Source: Acidimicrobiaceae bacterium
GTDB lineage: Bacteria > Actinomycetota > Acidimicrobiia > Acidimicrobiales > JACDCH01
Reading direction: 5' to 3'
Assembly: GCA_041166685.1 (NCBI GenBank)
Contig: JBEEGD010000065.1
Coordinates: forward strand, 1-35,878
Length of the DNA: 35,878 nt
Shown: piece after piece, positions 32,617-35,878 of the stretch
Position numbering within the stretch: the first letter of the stretch is position 1
How the letters are laid out: every line of letters starts with the position of its first letter
Made by a program: the position numbers and the translations under genes
The notes under the pieces: generated by a model
What the model saw: the letters and a program-made list of their open reading frames with translations, nothing else
The model's database searches: none
Told to the model about the DNA's origin: nothing

Positions 32617-33669
32617 ATGCACAACCGAGTGACCCAGGCCGCTGCCGCCCTCGCCACCCTGACGACCGCAATTCTGGTGGGTGCCGGACCCGCCTTGGCC
32701 TGCGGTGGACTCGTCGGCGAGAACGGAACCATCCAACTCCAACGCACGACCACGTTGGCCGCCTACCACGACGGCGTCGAGCATTACGTGACCTCGTTCG
32801 AATTCACCGGGGAGGGCCAGCAACTCGGCTCGATCGTCCCGTTACCAGGGATCCCGACCAACGTCGAGCGCGGCGGCGACTGGACGTTGCAACGGCTTCA
32901 GCGGGAAGTGAACCCGCCGCCGAAGTTCGCCTCGGACGCCGCCGGCGGAAGGGCATCCGCGACATCCGCCGAGGTCATTCTCGAGACGAAGATCGACGCC
33001 CTCGACATCACGATCCTCAAGGGCGGCGGTGACGAGGTCGGTCGATGGGCCATCGACCACGGATTTCTGCTGACGCCGGATGCGCCGGAAGTCCTCGACT
33101 ACTACTCGCGTCGTAGCCCCATCTTCATGGCCGCCCGCTTCGATGCTGCCGCGGCGAAGACTCGGGGTCAGCGCACGGGCGACGGCACCCCGATCCACCT
33201 GACGATCCCCGTCGACCGGCCGTGGGTGCCGCTGCGCATCCTGGCGCTGGGTCGTGACCCGGGGCAGATCGTGCAAGCCGACGTGTTCCTGCTCACCGAC
33301 CGCCGGCCGCAGTTGCTCACCGGCGACACCGAGCTGCGACTTGCTCGGAGCGACGCGGCATCCACGCAACTGCTCAACGACCTGCGGGCCGACCAGGGAA
33401 TGGAGTGGGTACCAGACAAGGCCTGGCTGACGTATCTCAGGGTGGACACACCGGCAGGGCTCTTGATCCACGACCTCGCCGCGTCGGTCAACCCCTTCCA
33501 GGGACCGTCGCAGATCGATGCTGGCATCACCTCGAAGAACGAGTTGCTCAACACGTTCACCGGACGCGCTCACGGATGGCTCCTGCCCGCGGCGATCGCC
33601 GCAACCGTGGCGGTCGCGCTCGTCGCCTTCCAACTGGGATGGACTCGACGGCGCGTGCTCGCCCGATGA
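32617..33669 (+). CDS. secreted, C-terminally membrane-anchored protein (possibly DUF2330-like)
   Basis: The signal peptide ends ..GAGPALACGG. The central region is ..RRSPIFMAARFD...PIHLTIPVDRPWVPLRILALG.. and the C-terminal TM helix is LLPAAIAATVAVALVAFQLGW. The family assignment is from memory only. Confidence 0.65.
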   Translation: MHNRVTQAAAALATLTTAILVGAGPALACGGLVGENGTIQLQRTTTLAAYHDGVEHYVTSFEFTGEGQQLGSIVPLPGIPTNVERGGDWTLQRLQREVNPPPKFASDAAGGRASATSAEVILETKIDALDITILKGGGDEVGRWAIDHGFLLTPDAPEVLDYYSRRSPIFMAARFDAAAAKTRGQRTGDGTPIHLTIPVDRPWVPLRILALGRDPGQIVQADVFLLTDRRPQLLTGDTELRLARSDAASTQLLNDLRADQGMEWVPDKAWLTYLRVDTPAGLLIHDLAASVNPFQGPSQIDAGITSKNELLNTFTGRAHGWLLPAAIAATVAVALVAFQLGWTRRRVLAR

Positions 33670-34115
33670 CACGAACGCGGATTCTCCTGCCGGTCACGCT
33701 CGTCACGATGGTCGTCGGGGCGGCATTGGTCGGCGGCCACGCCGTGGCTGGTCCCGGGGACCCGACCAACGGGGTGCTCGGTCCGGGCGCGGTGACCGTC
33801 ACGCTCACGATCCGCCACAGCCAGTTCAGTCCCGACCATCTTCACGTGCGGCCAGGAACGATCGTGCGCTTCGTCGTCCGCAACGACGACCCGATCAACC
33901 ACGAGCTGATCATCGGCGACGACGGCGTGCATCGGCGTCACGAAACAGGCACCGAAGCGGCTCACCCGCCCCGGCCCGGAGAAGTGTCGGTCGCCGCCGG
34001 TACGACCGCCGAGACCACCTTCTCGTTCGACGGTGCGTCGGTGCTCTACGCCTGCCATCTGCCCGGCCATTTCGCCTACGGCATGTCCGGACTGGTCGAC
34101 GTCGTTCGAACATGA
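33666..34115 (+). CDS. cupredoxin-like (type-1 copper) secreted protein
   Basis: The start overlaps the upstream gene as ATGA and a signal/TM segment is present (RILLPVTLVTMVVGAALVGG). The candidate His-Cys-His-Met ligand set is ..DPINHELI.. and ..YACHLPGHFAYGMSGLVDV.. (C-X4-H-X4-M). Confidence 0.85.
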   Translation: MTRTRILLPVTLVTMVVGAALVGGHAVAGPGDPTNGVLGPGAVTVTLTIRHSQFSPDHLHVRPGTIVRFVVRNDDPINHELIIGDDGVHRRHETGTEAAHPPRPGEVSVAAGTTAETTFSFDGASVLYACHLPGHFAYGMSGLVDVVRT

Positions 34116-34136
34116 GTCTGGCGGTAGGGTCGCCTG

Positions 34137-34676
34137 ATGGTGCACACGTGCCCCCGGTGCGAGCTTCGATTTCTCACCGCAGCCGAGCTCACCGAGCACC
34201 TCAGGCTCGATCACCACGTCGACACCGAAGCGTTCGACGTCTTCCGCTACAAGCCCCTCGAGCGGCGGCCGCCGAGCAAGCGTTACCTCGTCGTCGCCAA
34301 CCAGACTCTGAATGACGAAGTGGTGATGCAATCCCTCACCGAGCTCGCAAAGGACGGCCACCTCCATCTCCTCGTGCCCGCCACCCCATCGATGCCCGGG
34401 TCTGATCAGGTCGACGACAAGGGTCTCGCGCTCGCGACGTACCGGCTGCGGCACGCCGTCGACAAGCTTCACGAGCTCGGCATCGATGCGGAAGGCGAAG
34501 TCGGCCACTTCGACCCTGTTCGTGCGGTCGCCCGGGCCCTCCAACACGAGCCCGCCGACGAGATCATCGTGTCCACACTTCCGAGCGGCATGTCCAAGTG
34601 GCTCGATGTGGACGTGCCCAAGACACTGGAGCACCGCTTCGGCTTGCCGGTCACCGTCATCACCGCGGCGCCCTGA
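34137..34676 (+). CDS. C2H2 zinc-finger / USP-like (adenine nucleotide alpha-hydrolase-like) fusion protein
   Basis: The N-terminus CPRCELRFLTAAELTEHLRLDH fits C-X2-C-X3-F-X5-L-X2-H-X4-H. The remainder (KRYLVVANQTL...HLHLLVPATP...ADEIIVSTLPSGMSKWLDVDVP..FGLPVTVI) resembles the actinobacterial USP-like family. Confidence 0.75.
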   Translation: MVHTCPRCELRFLTAAELTEHLRLDHHVDTEAFDVFRYKPLERRPPSKRYLVVANQTLNDEVVMQSLTELAKDGHLHLLVPATPSMPGSDQVDDKGLALATYRLRHAVDKLHELGIDAEGEVGHFDPVRAVARALQHEPADEIIVSTLPSGMSKWLDVDVPKTLEHRFGLPVTVITAAP

Positions 34677-34682
34677 CACCGA

Positions 34683-35387
34683 TCACACTCGAACCAGCGA
34701 GCGGATCTGGTCGAGCTTCGCCGGCCCGATTCCCCGCACGTTGAGCAGATCGTCGACTGAGCGGTAGCGGCCGTGCTGCGCGCGGTAGTCGACGATGGCC
34801 TGAGCCGTCGCCGGCCCGATGCCTGGGAGCGCATCGAGTTGCCCGATCGAGGCGGTGTTGAGGTCAATCGGCTGCGAACGTGTCGGCCCGGAGGCTGCAC
34901 CACCGGAAGTCGCGTCCGAGGGAGTTGGCTCTCCAACGCGGGGGATGTAGATCTTCTCGCCGTCGACGAGAGGCGCAGCAAGGTTGACCCGATCGGGGTC
35001 CGCGTCGGGCGCCAGCCCTCCTGCCGCGTGCACCAGATCATCAACCCTCGCTCCCGGTGCAAGCCGGTACAGCCCGGGGTGCACGACCGCACCCGCCGCC
35101 TGCACGACCACGAGCGGCGTCGTCGCCGCAGGCGCCGCGGAGGCCGGCGCGGCGGAGGCGTCTGCGCGCGGCAAGCTCTCCTCGGGCGCGGGGTCGGCCG
35201 TCGAGGGCAGCAACAGCACAGCGGCCACGGCGATCACGCCTGCCGTGACGGCGGCGGCGAGCACCGCGCGTGGCGTGCGACCGAGCGATCGCAACCGCTC
35301 CGCGAGCGTCTCGATGCGCTCGCGCCACGACGGATCGGGAAGCGGACGGAACGGCTCGATCGGAGACGACGGCGGAGCGTCGGGCAC
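34683..35387 (-). CDS. comEA: competence protein ComEA (SLBB + tandem helix-hairpin-helix DNA-binding domain)
   Basis: It has a TM anchor (VLAAAVTAGVIAVAAVLLL), an SLBB-like region (VVVQAAGAVVHPGLYRLAPGARVDDLVHAAGG) and a C-terminus IDLNTASIGQLDALPGIGPATAQAIVDYR...LLNVRGIGPAKLDQI. The GTG start has a GGGAGGG RBS. Confidence 0.9.
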   Translation of the reverse strand: MPDAPPSSPIEPFRPLPDPSWRERIETLAERLRSLGRTPRAVLAAAVTAGVIAVAAVLLLPSTADPAPEESLPRADASAAPASAAPAATTPLVVVQAAGAVVHPGLYRLAPGARVDDLVHAAGGLAPDADPDRVNLAAPLVDGEKIYIPRVGEPTPSDATSGGAASGPTRSQPIDLNTASIGQLDALPGIGPATAQAIVDYRAQHGRYRSVDDLLNVRGIGPAKLDQIRSLVRV

Positions 35388-35453
35388 AACACACCCTCCC
35401 GGGTCGCGAACAGGGAGAGGGGGAAGCGTCGGAGAAGCCGGGGAAACTCTAGA

Positions 35454-35878
35454 TCAGAAGAGCTTTGAGGTGAGCGCCTTGCGGTACTGCGCGGTGCGCG
35501 GGTCCGAGGTCCCGAGCAGTTCGAGCAGGTCGACGAACTCTTGGCGGGCCTCTTCATCGTCCTTCACCCGATCAAGCAACGCATCCAGCTTGGCAGTGAC
35601 CTCAGGGCTGACCTCACCGTTGCTGGCGAACTCGTCGCCGACACGCGCCAAAGCAGCCACTCGGCGCGTTTCCGCGGTCTCCGGAATCCGCTCGAGCAAC
35701 GCGAGGGCCTCTTCGCCCTCTCCGCGACGCACGAGCAATTCCGCCATCGCGACGACCGCGGCTTCGTTGCCCGGGTCGATCTCGAGCGCGGCGCGCAGCG
35801 ATTCCTCGTCCCCGGCCGCCACGAGCGACTTGATCTTCTCTTCCGTCTCCGACGGCAGAACTGTCGCGACGAATTGCC
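35454..35878 (-). CDS. thioredoxin-associated TPR protein (YbbN/CnoX-like), C-terminal part only (5' end outside the window)
   Basis: The frame is open to the window edge (..QFVATVLPSETEEKIKSLVAAGDEESLRAALEIDPGNEAAVVAMAELLV...). The helical TPR-like C-terminus ends ..DPRTAQYRKALTSKLF. Confidence 0.7.
   Translation of the reverse strand, partial: QFVATVLPSETEEKIKSLVAAGDEESLRAALEIDPGNEAAVVAMAELLVRRGEGEEALALLERIPETAETRRVAALARVGDEFASNGEVSPEVTAKLDALLDRVKDDEEARQEFVDLLELLGTSDPRTAQYRKALTSKLF

Noticed and set aside
31581-32753. 390-aa alternative-frame minus-strand ORF within comEC (also 31023-31553 and 31278-31949)
   Set aside because: The comEC frame gives a coherent polytopic membrane protein with the ComEC core motif. 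The alternatives are Arg/Gly-rich nonsense.
33570-34679. 369-aa minus-strand ORF opposite the cupredoxin and zinc-finger/USP-like genes
   Set aside because: The plus-strand frames carry a signal peptide, copper ligands and a C2H2 motif. The minus ORF is Gly/Asp/Arg/His/Val-rich with no features.
1-35878. tRNA, rRNA, CRISPR arrays, riboswitches and IS elements
   Set aside because: Non-coding gaps are few and short; the longest are about 215-218 bp. None shows tRNA T-loop or anticodon architecture, repeat-spacer periodicity, terminal inverted repeats or a transposase ORF. This was an eye-scan only, so a covariance-model scan would be needed to be definitive.

Overview
The window is a chromosomal segment of a high-GC, Actinomycetota-type genome. 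Codon position 3 is strongly G/C-biased, GTG starts are common, and neighbouring genes often share 4-nt ATGA/GTGA stop-start overlaps. The minus strand carries a conserved housekeeping backbone. Read from high to low coordinates it is: a partial thioredoxin/TPR-like gene, comEA, comEC-folP-like-holA, lepA, hrcA-dnaJ-rsmE-bldD-like-hemW, phoH-ybeY-CBS/DUF21-era, uppS-recO, then glyQS and an alpha/beta hydrolase (partial). Every lineage-variable module except one small HTH gene lies on the plus strand, interleaved with this backbone. These modules are a lipoprotein, YihY plus a DinG-like helicase, and a block of about 9.7 kb. The block holds a hypothetical gene, a minus-strand excisionase-type HTH gene, a ten-gene Gram-positive Tad/Flp pilus cluster, and a membrane pseudokinase coupled to a LysM protein. 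Further plus-strand modules are a GGDEF cyclase with a small ORF, rpsT, and a DUF2330-like/cupredoxin/C2H2-zinc-finger-USP-like trio lying between comEA and comEC. I saw no rRNA, tRNA, CRISPR array, transposase or integrase. The most interesting items are: (1) the predicted catalytically dead Hanks-type kinase with an FG-GAP-like ectodomain, translationally coupled to a LysM membrane protein at the end of the tad cluster; (2) the CpaE/TadZ-like protein with both Walker A lysines replaced by alanine; (3) a BldD-type regulator with an intact RxD-X8-RxxD c-di-GMP signature near a GGDEF gene; (4) a textbook C2H2 zinc finger fused to a USP-like domain; (5) a FolP-like gene with a diverged pABA loop inside the comEC-holA operon. 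All calls come from reading the translations and the DNA by eye. No database search was run.
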